DNA of 64,000 nucleotides from an uncultured Gemmatimonadota bacterium. GTDB taxonomy: Bacteria; SM23-81; DAOVCL01. How positions within the stretch are numbered: the stretch's first letter is position 1; every line of letters starts with the position of its first letter. The notes under the pieces were generated by a model. That model worked only from the letters and a program-made list of their open reading frames with translations, did not search any database and had not been told where the DNA came from. The stretch spans positions 1 to 64,000 of the forward strand of contig CAZVGK010000014.1 of assembly GCA_964626665.1 (NCBI GenBank). Direction: 5' to 3'. The position numbers and the translations under genes were made by a program. Of the stretch, positions 19,128 through 29,077 are shown piece by piece.

Positions 19128-20183
19128 TCATTCCCCTTTGTTGAGATAGAGTGTTTGAGTGGGATAGGCCATTTCGACCCCTTCCTTTTCAAACTTCTCC
19201 TTGATGGCCAGATTTATCTCCTGTTGGGTATCCATATATTTGTTGTAATCGCTTGATCTTAGGTAATAAACCACCTCGAAGTCCAGGCTGAAGTCACCAA
19301 ATTTCTTGAAATGAACCCTATCAATATCTGCCAGTTCAACCTTGGCTATTATGTCTCTGACAATTTGTGGTATCCCCTTCAGCTTCTCCGTGGGGGTCTC
19401 GTATTTAACCCCAAAACCGAAGGCTATCCTTCTCTTTTCCATTTTCTTGTAGTTATGCACCCTTGTCTCCGTCAATTCCCTGTTAGATACAACCAATTCT
19501 TCTCCCTGTAGGGTCTGGATCCTGGTGGTCTTTATGCCGATCTTCTTCACCACCCCCAGATCACCTCCTACAATGATGAAGTCCCCAATCTGGAAGGGTT
19601 TATCAAAATAGATGGAAAAGGCGGCAAAGATGTCCACGAGGATGTTCTGTAAGGCAAAGGCGATGGCTACTCCTCCTATCCCTAACCCAGCGATCAAAGT
19701 GGAGATATTGTACCCCAAATTTGATAAAATAAGAATTATGGCTATAACCCAAAGGGAGGCCTTCAAAATCTTGCCCAAAAGATCAATGACTGTGGTATCG
19801 CTTACTTTCTCTTCTTTCTGCCTCTTCTCTATTACTTTGCGGGTGGTATAATCGATTATCCTTTGAATAGCCCTCACCGCATAGTAGGTAACAATGATAA
19901 CAACCCCCCAACGGAGAACCTTTTGGATTAAATCTATGGGGTGGATAAACTGCAGGGCAAGCCATAAGGACAAAATCAGGTAAAACGGCCATCCTACTCC
20001 GGCAACTATCTTTATTACCAGGTCATCAAAATCAGTTTTCGTTTTGGTGGCTATTTTTCTCAGCCTGGCGATTATCAGTTGCTTAAAGAGCTTGATAACA
20101 CCAATGGCCGCCCCAAAAACTGCCAGAGCTATTAAGTAGTTCCTCACCAAATTACCTCCAAATCTGTAAGTTAAGATATCCAT
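19128..20183 (-). CDS. mscS: Small-conductance mechanosensitive channel (MscS family)
   Basis: LIAGLGIGGVAIAFALQ, DKPFQIGDFI, G.V.KIGIKTTRI, MAYPTQ. Confidence 0.93.
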   Translation of the reverse strand: MDILTYRFGGNLVRNYLIALAVFGAAIGVIKLFKQLIIARLRKIATKTKTDFDDLVIKIVAGVGWPFYLILSLWLALQFIHPIDLIQKVLRWGVVIIVTYYAVRAIQRIIDYTTRKVIEKRQKEEKVSDTTVIDLLGKILKASLWVIAIILILSNLGYNISTLIAGLGIGGVAIAFALQNILVDIFAAFSIYFDKPFQIGDFIIVGGDLGVVKKIGIKTTRIQTLQGEELVVSNRELTETRVHNYKKMEKRRIAFGFGVKYETPTEKLKGIPQIVRDIIAKVELADIDRVHFKKFGDFSLDFEVVYYLRSSDYNKYMDTQQEINLAIKEKFEKEGVEMAYPTQTLYLNKGE

Positions 20184-20190
20184 AATGAAC

Positions 20191-20472
20191 TTAGCTCCCT
20201 GCGACGGGCCTTTTTGACAGGATAACAGGATTTACTGGATTTTTATTCATCCTGTCTATTATTGTAAGAGCTGTCAGCCCCGTTCCGACGGGATTCCTGG
20301 CGGAAGAGGTAACTCCTGACAGCACATTTTTGATCGACATCACGAGTTGCTTACAACATCTAGTTTGCTGTGAATGATAGCATCCACAAGGAGCAGAGGA
20401 AGAGAGTCTCATTTGTCCCGATCATCCTGTCAATCCTGTCTAAAAATGGGAATCCCAATGCTTTTTAATTAG
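20191..20472 (+). mobile_element. TTAG-bounded miniature element, copy B
   Basis: GAAC|TTAGCTCCCTGCGACG...TTTAA|TTAG; about 130 bp nearly identical to the inverted copy at 39545-39814. Confidence 0.65.
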
Positions 20473-20567
20473 GACGCAGATTTTCGCCGATACCCGCAGA
20501 AAGTTAAAATCTTGACAACCTGCGTTTATCTGCGTCCAAAAAAGGAATTTCCTCTGCTTTCCAGATA

Positions 20568-21422
20568 CTAAGGGTTCCTCTTTCCCTTCCAAACACCATT
20601 AGCCCATAAACCGAATGGAGTAGTGGGTCCAATTCGTCTTGTATACCATTCACCTACAACAGAATCAGAGCTGGCCGGCAGATGCCCGGAAAATAAGAAA
20701 AGCGAATATTCACTATGGCCAAAGCTGTCCCTTAACGTTCCCGGAAAGTAAAAGCTAATGGAATCCGTGGAAACGATTTTCCCCTCCGCAGGCATACTTA
20801 GAGCAAAGGTATCCTTTTTGCCCCAAAAGGATGCATTACCGCCCATTAGAACTGGGTCTCCCCATCCCGTTTCTGTAAATGCAATGGATAGTGAAGCATC
20901 TCTCATATAGGTGGTATCCACAATATTCAGGCTATCATAGACCATCTGCCCATCTGCCTTTCCCTGCCATATCCTCCTTATGCCCTTCTTCAAAGTATAA
21001 TTACCCCCGCCTGAACCATAGGAATAAGTCCCTTGAATCTTATCACCGGACAGGGTTCCCACACAGGTGAGGGTATCTTCATCTTCTTGAATGATTACCA
21101 TAGTGAAATCTACTCCATTCTCTGAACTACCCGAAACCTGACCAACCTGGTAATGTGGAGTATCAAATAACCCGAAGTAGAAGAGAGTCGCCGTGCCGGA
21201 GATTGTTTTCCCTTGACCGACCAAATCTGCCCAAACCCTCCCCAGGGGGATGGTATCAGATTCTGCCCTCGCCCATCCCCAACATCCCAGCCAACTCCCG
21301 GTGAAACCAACTGGCTTACCATAATTTGCAGGCTTCTCTTTTCCGCACCCTGACACAAGAACAATAACAAACATTATCCCTAACAAACCAACCTTTTTAT
21401 ACATCCCAATCCTTCCCATCAT
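20568..21422 (-). CDS. Putative lipoprotein, beta-rich
   Basis: Signal peptide with lipobox VSGC; 284 aa. Confidence 0.7.
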   Translation of the reverse strand: MMGRIGMYKKVGLLGIMFVIVLVSGCGKEKPANYGKPVGFTGSWLGCWGWARAESDTIPLGRVWADLVGQGKTISGTATLFYFGLFDTPHYQVGQVSGSSENGVDFTMVIIQEDEDTLTCVGTLSGDKIQGTYSYGSGGGNYTLKKGIRRIWQGKADGQMVYDSLNIVDTTYMRDASLSIAFTETGWGDPVLMGGNASFWGKKDTFALSMPAEGKIVSTDSISFYFPGTLRDSFGHSEYSLFLFSGHLPASSDSVVGEWYTRRIGPTTPFGLWANGVWKGKRNP

Positions 21423-21432
21423 CCAGTCTTAT

Positions 21433-21697
21433 TATTACTCAGGTCACATTATAGTTTGCATATTGCTATTATCTCATTGGTCATTGCGAGGCCTGTCCCG
21501 AGCGTAAGCGAGGAAACTGGCCGAAGCAATCTCATAGTCTAAACAGGTATTCGGTGTTTTGAGATTGCTTCGCTCCGCTCGCCCCGTTAGATATCGATGA
21601 GATCTTAGAGATCTCAGGAGAATCTGACATTGAGAGAGATTATTATCTAACGGGGCTCGCAAGGACATGCAATCTACTTAGTGGCCTGAATAATATT
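21433..21697. repeat. Composite palindromic repeat (GTCATTGCGAG...GAAGCAATCT / AGATTGCTTCG...CTCGCAAtGAC family) with outer imperfect IR
   Basis: Related copies at 29783-30004 and 36552-36605; outer TATTACTCAGGTCAC / GTGGCCTGAATAATA. Confidence 0.7.
21582..21655. mobile_element. 74-bp MITE with CCCCGTTAGATA TIRs, 4-bp TSD CTCG
   Basis: CTCG|CCCCGTTAGATA...TATCTAACGGGG|CTCG. Confidence 0.75.
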
Positions 21698-21960
21698 TAG
21701 TAGGGGCTTAAGCCAATAAGAATGAAAAAGGAGCTAAATCCCCAGGCCCCGCGGGAAAGGATAATGCATAAGTAAAGGAAATGAATCGTTCTCGCAATAG
21801 ATACATTGCAGATTGGTTATTCCCGCACCTTGATTCTATGAATTTCCACCAAAGGCAATTTGCCCTTATTGGGATGATCTCTAACTTACAGGGCAATAAC
21901 ACAATTATAGTCTGGAGCCGGAAATATCCATATTTCTTGTCATTTCGGCAATCTTTACCG

Positions 21961-21988
21961 GGGTGGCAGAACCCCGATTCTGCCACCC
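21961..21988. repeat. REP-like palindrome GGTGGCAGAA-CCCCGA-TTCTGCCACC (second copy 36354-36379)
   Basis: Identical 26-bp hairpin at two loci, each within a palindrome cluster. Confidence 0.75.
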
Positions 21989-22204
21989 TTGCCGTCAGAT
22001 GGGGGCATCTGACGGCTCACTACAAATCAGCAATGGATTCCCGCTAACGGTGGGCGGGAATGACAAATTCGGACAGACACTATCTAAGCAAAACCCCTGT
22101 TCAAAGAAATCGGAATGGAATCAAGTTCCTGCGCCTTGGTAATTACAACTGGATCGGCTGAATCTGCGGGAATATGATCCTTTCCCAGGTCAATATTGAG
22201 ATGT

Positions 22205-22420
22205 TCAAGAGTGAGTCAAAGCAACATCTTCCAGAACTACCTGTTTGAAGACGTTCTTGTCACCCAAACGTTTAATCGCATCTAAGATTTCAATACCTGC
22301 TAGATGCCCATCGGCATCGTAGTCCGCAGCTATCCCCTCGCCAAGATGCTTGGTTGTGACTGTTGCCTCACGGAAACGAATATAGAGGGCATCTACCTCA
22401 GGATCATAGGTGATTTTCAT
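22205..22420 (-). CDS. DUF2283 family protein (putative antitoxin)
   Basis: MKITYDPEVDALYIRF...D.D..G.L.GIEILDA. Confidence 0.92.
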   Translation of the reverse strand: MKITYDPEVDALYIRFREATVTTKHLGEGIAADYDADGHLAGIEILDAIKRLGDKNVFKQVVLEDVALTHS

Positions 22421-22435
22421 AATCTATTCTCCTTT

Positions 22436-22714
22436 TCAAAAATAATATGTATACACTGTAACAACCACAATTTCTGTATCTTCTTCGACAAAAATTGGGC
22501 GTACCTGCTTTGTTGCATATTTTTTTTCATTCCACTCCTTACCAAAAGGAAAGTCCTTGCGACATTCAAGTCGCCCTAATTCAGCTGGAGACCAGTTCTC
22601 TGAACGTATTGCTTGAATAATTTCCTCTTCTGTGGCTCCTCGAAAAGGCAATTGCAAACGGGCATGTCCAGAAAGGCGTATAGGCTTTTTCTTCCTGATC
22701 CCATCAATCTTCAT
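22436..22714 (-). CDS. DUF4258-like (BrnT/RelE-fold) putative toxin
   Basis: IRLSGHA...RG.TEEEI...IVVVTVY; directly upstream of DUF2283. Confidence 0.8.
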   Translation of the reverse strand: MKIDGIRKKKPIRLSGHARLQLPFRGATEEEIIQAIRSENWSPAELGRLECRKDFPFGKEWNEKKYATKQVRPIFVEEDTEIVVVTVYTYYF

Positions 22715-22735
22715 AAGAATCTATTTCGCAATTTC

Positions 22736-22807
22736 ATCCAACGGGGCAATGGATGAGCGAATTTGGGCGGAGCGAAGCGGAGCCGCTTACCCGCCACCCC
22801 GTTAGGC
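22736..22807 (-). other. attC-like integron recombination site
   Basis: Minus strand GCCTAAC...GTTGGAT (RYYYAAC/GTTRRRY) with imperfect arms and central CGCTTCGCTCCG; 21 nt upstream of toxin ATG. Confidence 0.55.
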
Positions 22808-22987
22808 TAAATGTCGCCCCTATATAGACTGGTGGCTTATATAAACTCCTAAATTTGGTTACACCTCGGCTTCGTGGCGTAGCCAAGGCCAATTAGCCTG
22901 TCGATTTCAGTGCTAACGAAGCTACCCGACAGGGCAATTTGGGCCAGCCCAAGTTTCCCACAAACACCGTGATAGGATAAGTTTCTC

Positions 22988-24013
22988 TCATTTTCCAAAT
23001 AATTTATCGAATCTTGTAAGTGTCTTCCAATCGCCTTTAACTTTATATCTTCTTGTGAAGTATGCTCTTGTACCGCTAATTTCCCCTTTTACAATTTTCA
23101 ACCAAATATCAGCAGGAGTTGTTATTATTAAAGTGGGTATTTGAGCCTCACCCTCATGATGAGTACATCTTTGGTCTTTTATTCTAAGGTAACTCTTAAA
23201 GTTCTCCTTACCAGTTACAATAAATTGTATCGCAGCATCCATATCCCTTGCAACCTCTGGATTAAAAGCTTGTGGCATGCTTTTTATTAACTCCTCGCAA
23301 CTTTCAGGAATAGCTGGAGCTTCTTCCTTTTCTTTGGCCTCGATTTCTTTAAGCCAACCTTTTTCTTTCCAGAATTCGTAATCAGCTTTAAGATATCTTC
23401 CTGCTACCCGCATTATTTGCTTTATTTCTGGACGCGGCTTATACGATTTAGATATTTTGTGGGTTCTTAATTCCTCCCTTATCGAATTCACAAGCTCTTC
23501 CGCTAACTCTTTTGCCTTTGTCTTTACTTTTTCTTCTTCAGGAAATATGTGATTCCCATAGGCAATGGTAGCAAGTTCTCCTATTGGGGTGACCCCCATA
23601 GTAGCCAAAACACCGTTTATATAATCAGCTACCCTATTTTCACCACTTCCAGCAGAGGGCGAAACTGCTATGCAAAGTTTCCCAATAAGCTGGGGTCTAT
23701 GGCATATAAAAGCCGACCTATCAAAGAAAACCTTAGTTTGAGCAGGAACATCAATAACATAAGAAGGAGCACCGAAGATTATCCCATTGGACTCAATCAT
23801 CCTCTTATGTATTCTCTCAACATCGTCTTTTTGTGGACATCTCCCCTTTATCATACAATCACTACATCCTAAGCAATATCTTATATCAAAATCAGTTAAA
23901 GCAATAATTTCTGTATTTACATCTTTTTCATTTATATAATCGATTATCCACTTTATCATTTGGTAAGTATTGCCTCTTCTTCTTGGAGAACCAACTATCC
24001 CTAAAATCTTCAT
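22988..24013 (-). CDS. Iron-sulfur flavoprotein / NADPH-dependent FMN reductase fused to SCP2 sterol-binding domain
   Basis: GSPRRRGNT, CLGCSDC....C..KDD, AP.Y; C-terminal MP.AFNPE...AIQF...W.KI..GE.SG...Y...GD. Confidence 0.85.
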   Translation of the reverse strand: MKILGIVGSPRRRGNTYQMIKWIIDYINEKDVNTEIIALTDFDIRYCLGCSDCMIKGRCPQKDDVERIHKRMIESNGIIFGAPSYVIDVPAQTKVFFDRSAFICHRPQLIGKLCIAVSPSAGSGENRVADYINGVLATMGVTPIGELATIAYGNHIFPEEEKVKTKAKELAEELVNSIREELRTHKISKSYKPRPEIKQIMRVAGRYLKADYEFWKEKGWLKEIEAKEKEEAPAIPESCEELIKSMPQAFNPEVARDMDAAIQFIVTGKENFKSYLRIKDQRCTHHEGEAQIPTLIITTPADIWLKIVKGEISGTRAYFTRRYKVKGDWKTLTRFDKLFGK

Positions 24014-24151
24014 TATTCTCCCTTACTGAGTATATGAAAATTTCGCCTATCTCGTTTATATCGGTCTATTCGATATACTCTCAAAATGGAGGTATTTGTG
24101 ACAATGTCTGATATACCTTTTATCTCGGGATGGTATCACCCTGTTGTAGGT

Positions 24152-25867
24152 TCAGTTCGATCCTCTTTCCCTTAGCTCCTCTAAAATCGTCCTCACCTTT
24201 TGGGGGGCTTCCTCTATGGAAACGCGCAGAGCAGCAGGCTCACCTCTTGGCTTTATCTCGACCTTGCCCTCCTGGAGGCTTCTCTCCCCAATGGTGACCC
24301 TTAAGGGAATGCCTACCAGATCTGCATCCTTGAACTTAGTGCCGGCCCTCTCCTCTCGGTCGTCGAGGAGCACCTCCAGGTCCCCCAATTGGCTGTAAAG
24401 CCTTTCTGCGGTCTCCTTAGTTTGGGAATGGCTGATGTTCAAGGAGAGGATGAGCACCTGATAGGGAGCCACTGAGAGAGGCCAGATTATCCCATCCTTG
24501 TCATGGCGTTGCTCAATTACCGCGGCAACCGTTCTGGTTATGCCAATTCCATAGCAGCCCATCACAAATGGCCTCTCCTTGCCCTCCTTATCCAAAAAAT
24601 AAGCCTTCATGGCACTACTATACTTCGTTCCCAGCTTAAAGATCTGCCCCACCTCTATCCCCCGCCCCGAGGAGAAGGGCTGACCGCAGCGGGCACAGTA
24701 ATCCCCTCCCTGGGCCCAGAGGAGGTCATAGAAACCAGCAACCTGAAAGTCTCGACCATAGTTCACATTTATCAGGTGATGATCTTCCTGGTTTGCCCCC
24801 ACTACAAAGTTTCCTCCACCCTGTAAGGAGTAATCGGCCAAAATCCTCACCCCTTCCAGGCCCACCGGCCCGGAAAATCCTAAGGGAGCTCCGGTAAGCT
24901 TCCAGATCTCATCTGAGGTGGCCATCTCCAGGCTATCCACCCCCAAGGCCCTCTGTAACTTGGGCTCGTTTATTTCCCTATCCCCCCTGATCAGGGCAGC
25001 CACCAATCCGTGGCTGGTGCGGTAGAGGATGGTCTTCACCAGCCTCTGGGACTCCACCCCCAAGAAGCGGCTTACCTCCTCCACTGTCTTCAATCCCGGG
25101 GTATGAACCAGCTCCTTAGCGAGGGGGGGTTCATCAGGAAGCTTTGCCGTCCTGGCCTCTGCCCTCTCCTGAGTGGCTGCATAGCCACAGCTTGGACAGG
25201 ACAAGATCTCTGACTCCCCGTTTTGGGCCAAGACCATAAACTCATGGGTAATATCCCCCCCGATGGCTCCAGAGTCAGCCTCCACAGAGCGGTAGGAAAG
25301 GCCACAGCGGGAGAATATCCTCGAGTAGGCAGCAAACATCCTTTGATAGGTCTGGTTAAGGGATTCATCATCCTGATGGAAGCTGTAGGCATCCTTCATC
25401 AGAAACTCCCTGGCCCTGATCACCCCAAACCTGGGCCTGATCTCATCCCGAAACTTGGTTTGAATCTGATAGAGGACTATGGGCAGATCCCTATAGGAGC
25501 GCACCTCACCCCGCAGAAGAGCGGTGATCACCTCCTCGTGGGTGGGACCCAGGGCAAAATCCCTTCCGTGTCTATCCCTTATCCTCATCAGCTCCACCCC
25601 ATAATGATTCCATCTCCCGCTCTCCTCCCAGAGCTCGGCGGGATGGAGCACCGGAAGGAGAACCTCACTCCCCCCTGCTCTATCCATCTCCTCCCGCACG
25701 ATAGCCTCCACCTTCTTTATCGCCCTTATCCCCAAGGGAAGGTAGGTGTAGACACCAGAGGTAAGTTTCCTCATCAGCCCGGCGCGGAGCATAAGCTTAT
25801 GGCTGGTGATCTCCGCCTCCGCGGGGAGCTCCTTAAGGGTAGGAATGTAGGTCTGGCTCCACCTCAT
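24152..25867 (-). CDS. proS: Proline--tRNA ligase
   Basis: LGPTHEE, KFRDEIRPRFG..RAREF.MKDAYSF, GIEVGQIFKLGTKYS. Confidence 0.98.
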   Translation of the reverse strand: MRWSQTYIPTLKELPAEAEITSHKLMLRAGLMRKLTSGVYTYLPLGIRAIKKVEAIVREEMDRAGGSEVLLPVLHPAELWEESGRWNHYGVELMRIRDRHGRDFALGPTHEEVITALLRGEVRSYRDLPIVLYQIQTKFRDEIRPRFGVIRAREFLMKDAYSFHQDDESLNQTYQRMFAAYSRIFSRCGLSYRSVEADSGAIGGDITHEFMVLAQNGESEILSCPSCGYAATQERAEARTAKLPDEPPLAKELVHTPGLKTVEEVSRFLGVESQRLVKTILYRTSHGLVAALIRGDREINEPKLQRALGVDSLEMATSDEIWKLTGAPLGFSGPVGLEGVRILADYSLQGGGNFVVGANQEDHHLINVNYGRDFQVAGFYDLLWAQGGDYCARCGQPFSSGRGIEVGQIFKLGTKYSSAMKAYFLDKEGKERPFVMGCYGIGITRTVAAVIEQRHDKDGIIWPLSVAPYQVLILSLNISHSQTKETAERLYSQLGDLEVLLDDREERAGTKFKDADLVGIPLRVTIGERSLQEGKVEIKPRGEPAALRVSIEEAPQKVRTILEELRERGSN

Positions 25868-26640
25868 CAGAGGATTATCCCCCGCTCACTTCCCGCGATA
25901 AATTGGGCTATGATCCTTACCTCAGGGATGGGCTCCACCTCCTCCTGAATGACTCGCAGGGCCTGGGAGACATTAAACTGCGAGCGGAAGAGGATCTGGT
26001 AAACCCTCTTCAGGATGGCAATTGTCTGGGAAGAGAATCCTCTCCTCCTCAAACCTATCAGATTTAACCCCACCACCTTCAGCGGATAGCCAGCCACAGT
26101 GACAAAGGGGCAGATATCCTTGCTTACCCTGAATCCCCCTCCCACCATAACATGAGCTCCCACCTTGACAAACTGATGGATCGGCACCATCCCCCCGATG
26201 ATGGCATAGTCTCCAATCTCCACATGACCTCCCAAGTTCACCGCATTCGCCAGGACCACATTGTTTCCAATCAAGCAGTCATGGGCCACATGGGAGTAGG
26301 CCATAAAGAGGTTGTTATCCCCCACCCTGGTCTCCCCCCTCTGCTGGGTGCCTCGGTTCAGGGTGGCATACTCCCTGATGATGTTTCCCTTTCCCAACCG
26401 CAACTTAGTATCCTCCCCGCGAAACTTGAGATCCTGCGGTATCGTGCCCAACACGGCTCCATGGTGGATCTTACATCCCTCGCCGATCTCCGTCCCAAAG
26501 GCGATCAGGCAATGGGAAGCGATCTTCGTCCCCTTGCCTACCTTCGCCCCCTTCTCGATCAACGAATAGGGGCCAACCTCCACCTCACTCCCTAACTCCG
26601 CCCCCTTATCCACCAGAGCAGTTGGATCTGTTTTGATCAA
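25867..26640 (-). CDS. lpxA: UDP-N-acetylglucosamine acyltransferase
   Basis: Hexapeptide repeats, PQDLKF, MAYSHVAHDC, HQF. Confidence 0.97.
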   Translation of the reverse strand: MIKTDPTALVDKGAELGSEVEVGPYSLIEKGAKVGKGTKIASHCLIAFGTEIGEGCKIHHGAVLGTIPQDLKFRGEDTKLRLGKGNIIREYATLNRGTQQRGETRVGDNNLFMAYSHVAHDCLIGNNVVLANAVNLGGHVEIGDYAIIGGMVPIHQFVKVGAHVMVGGGFRVSKDICPFVTVAGYPLKVVGLNLIGLRRRGFSSQTIAILKRVYQILFRSQFNVSQALRVIQEEVEPIPEVRIIAQFIAGSERGIIL

Positions 26641-26642
26641 CC

Positions 26643-28046
26643 CTATCTCTCCACAATTGTGGCCATAAGCTCAGCCTCGGTGACCAGGTCCCCATCCACA
26701 TAGGCCTTGCCCGCCATCTTGCAAGTTCCCCTCCTAAACTGGAGCATCTCCACTTCAAACCTAAGCTGATCACCGGGAAGAACTGGCTTCCGGAACCTCA
26801 CCTTGTCGATCCCCATAAAGTAGAGCAGCTTCTTCTCGGGGTTCTCCACCGAGTTTAAGAGGAGAAGCCCTCCAGACTGGGCCATAGCCTCCACGATAAG
26901 CACCCCTGGCATTATGGGATGGTCGGGGAAGTGACCATTGAAGAAGGGCTCGTTGATGGTCACATTCTTGATGGCCACCACCTTCTTTCCCTCCTCCAAA
27001 CTGAGCACCCTATCCACCAAGAGGAAGGGGTACCTATGGGGCATTATGGAGTGAATGGCGTTTATATCCATACTATAAGAGGTGGCAGAGATAGGCCGGG
27101 GAGCAGGCCTTCTCTTAACCTTCTTTATATATTTCTCACTTATCTTCTTGACAAAGGCCACATTGGCTCGATGGCCAGAACGGGCCGCTAAGACATGAGC
27201 CTTGAGGGGTCGCCCCAAAAGACAGAGGTCGCCCAAGAGGTCGAGGGCCTTGTGCCTACAGGGCTCATTGGGATAGCGGAGGGGGATGTCATTCAGGATG
27301 CCGCTCTTTCCAATAAATACCTTTCCCTTCAGGCCAAAAAGCCCTTTCAAATCGGCGAGCTCCTTCTCCTTCAGAGGTTGGTCACAGATGACGATGGCAT
27401 TTTGTAGGCTGCCCCCTTTGATTAAACCCTGCCTTTTAAGCTCCTCCACCTCATGCAGAAAACAGAAGGTGCGGGCCGGGGCATATCCTTTGATGAAATC
27501 GTCCTCTAAAGAGAAGAAGGCGGTATACTGGGCCCCCAAAGCAGGATTTTTGTAATCGATCATCAGGGTAAGGGAAAAATCCGCTGAGGGGATGGCTACC
27601 AGCTCCACCCCCTCCTTCTCCTTGAGCTCGGAGTAAAAGATGGGACCCTCGATTACCAGATAATCCTTTGGTGCATCCTGCTCCTCTATCCCCACCTTGA
27701 GGATGGCATCCACAAATGGCTTGGCAGATCCATCCCCCACTGGGGGTTCATTTGAAGAGAGCTCTACGGTGACATTATCTATCTGTAAACCAGCCAGGGC
27801 GGCCAAAACATGTTCAACCGTGTGCACGCTGGCCCCATTCAATTTCAGAGTCGTCCCCCGCCTACTGTCCGAGACATAGTCAATCAGGGCGGGAATCTGA
27901 GGATGGTCAGGAAGATCCTTCCGCACAAACCTAATCCCGGAGTCTATAGGAGCAGGGTGGAAGGTTATCTTCGTAGTATTTCCCGTGTGTAGCCCAATAC
28001 CCTCATATGATATGGGGACCTTAACCGTCCTCTGTAGTTTGTTCAT
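26643..28046 (-). CDS. lpxC: Bifunctional LpxC/FabZ
   Basis: [28 protein letters not shown]-terminal [28 protein letters not shown]. Confidence 0.97.
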   Translation of the reverse strand: MNKLQRTVKVPISYEGIGLHTGNTTKITFHPAPIDSGIRFVRKDLPDHPQIPALIDYVSDSRRGTTLKLNGASVHTVEHVLAALAGLQIDNVTVELSSNEPPVGDGSAKPFVDAILKVGIEEQDAPKDYLVIEGPIFYSELKEKEGVELVAIPSADFSLTLMIDYKNPALGAQYTAFFSLEDDFIKGYAPARTFCFLHEVEELKRQGLIKGGSLQNAIVICDQPLKEKELADLKGLFGLKGKVFIGKSGILNDIPLRYPNEPCRHKALDLLGDLCLLGRPLKAHVLAARSGHRANVAFVKKISEKYIKKVKRRPAPRPISATSYSMDINAIHSIMPHRYPFLLVDRVLSLEEGKKVVAIKNVTINEPFFNGHFPDHPIMPGVLIVEAMAQSGGLLLLNSVENPEKKLLYFMGIDKVRFRKPVLPGDQLRFEVEMLQFRRGTCKMAGKAYVDGDLVTEAELMATIVER

Positions 28047-29067
28047 CTATCTTCTCCTCCAATTTCCTGAGGGCATCCTCTAAATCCTTAACCCTTTTAA
28101 AGAGATGGGGAAGTCGAGCCTCGCAGGCGACGATTTTCTTAGCTAATTGGTGAGGTCTGGCTGGATAACCGGAGACAAAACCCCCCGCAGGCACAGACTT
28201 AGTTACCCCGGCCTGAGCGGCTATGGTGGAGTTGTCCCCTATCTGAACATGTCCCACAAACCCGGCTTGACCGGCAATCTTCACCCCGCGGCCAATTGTA
28301 GTCGACCCAGATATACCCACCTGGGCAACGATGGCCGTGTTCTCCCCTACCTGGACGTTATGGCCTATATGCACCAGGTTATCCAGCTTTGTCCCCCTCC
28401 CAATCCTGGTGGCTCCCAAAGTGGCCCGATCGATGGCCACATTTGCCCCTATCTCCACATCATCAGCCACCACCACCCTGCCAATTTGAGGTATCTTCCG
28501 ATAGGCATCCCCCTCCTGCACGAAACCAAAGCCATCACTGCCTAAGACGGCCCCGGAGTGGATGATTACCCTATCCCCCACCCCACATCCATCGCCGATA
28601 AATACCTGGGGGAATATCGTGGTTTCCCTACCAATCTTACAGTTCCTTCCTATGTAAACGAAGGGGTAAACCTGACTCCCGGGACCGATGGATGTATCCT
28701 CCCCCACAAAGCTGAAGGGGCCAAGGGAAGCTTGCGGAGAGATAATCGCCCCCGGGCCCAAAATGGAGGTGGGATGGATCCCCAGTGGGAAGCTGGTCCT
28801 GGGGGGGAGAAACATCCCAATCACCTGGGCAAGGGCCTGATAAGGGTTGGCCACCTTAACTATGGTAGGAAAACCTCCGGGGAAATCGGCCCCCACAATT
28901 AGGGCAGAGGCCCGGGCAGTTTTCAGGTAGGGAAGATATCTGGAGTGAAGCAGAAAGGCCAGATCCCCCTTCTGGGCCTGGCCTATCTCCTTTACTCCGG
29001 TGATCTCCACATCGGAGTCGCCGATTATCTGGCCGCCAATGCGCTGGGCAATCAGGGAAAGTTTCAT
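28021..29067 (-). CDS. lpxD: UDP-3-O-acyl-glucosamine N-acyltransferase
   Basis: [29 protein letters not shown]. Confidence 0.97.
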   Translation of the reverse strand: MKLSLIAQRIGGQIIGDSDVEITGVKEIGQAQKGDLAFLLHSRYLPYLKTARASALIVGADFPGGFPTIVKVANPYQALAQVIGMFLPPRTSFPLGIHPTSILGPGAIISPQASLGPFSFVGEDTSIGPGSQVYPFVYIGRNCKIGRETTIFPQVFIGDGCGVGDRVIIHSGAVLGSDGFGFVQEGDAYRKIPQIGRVVVADDVEIGANVAIDRATLGATRIGRGTKLDNLVHIGHNVQVGENTAIVAQVGISGSTTIGRGVKIAGQAGFVGHVQIGDNSTIAAQAGVTKSVPAGGFVSGYPARPHQLAKKIVACEARLPHLFKRVKDLEDALRKLEEKIDEQTTEDG

Positions 29068-29077
29068 CTCTAAAAGG

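Noticed and set aside
20191-20412. Paralogous small ORFs 20191-20412 and 39592-39864 (NPVNPVILSK peptides), also 13789-13977 and 21474-21668
   Set aside because: Translations of non-coding palindromic repeats; no RBS and frames not conserved at the ends
25223-25948. Long antisense ORFs (e.g. 25223-25948, 2774-3376, 36778-37440, 56866-57492)
   Set aside because: Shadows of well-supported opposite-strand genes with no recognisable motifs
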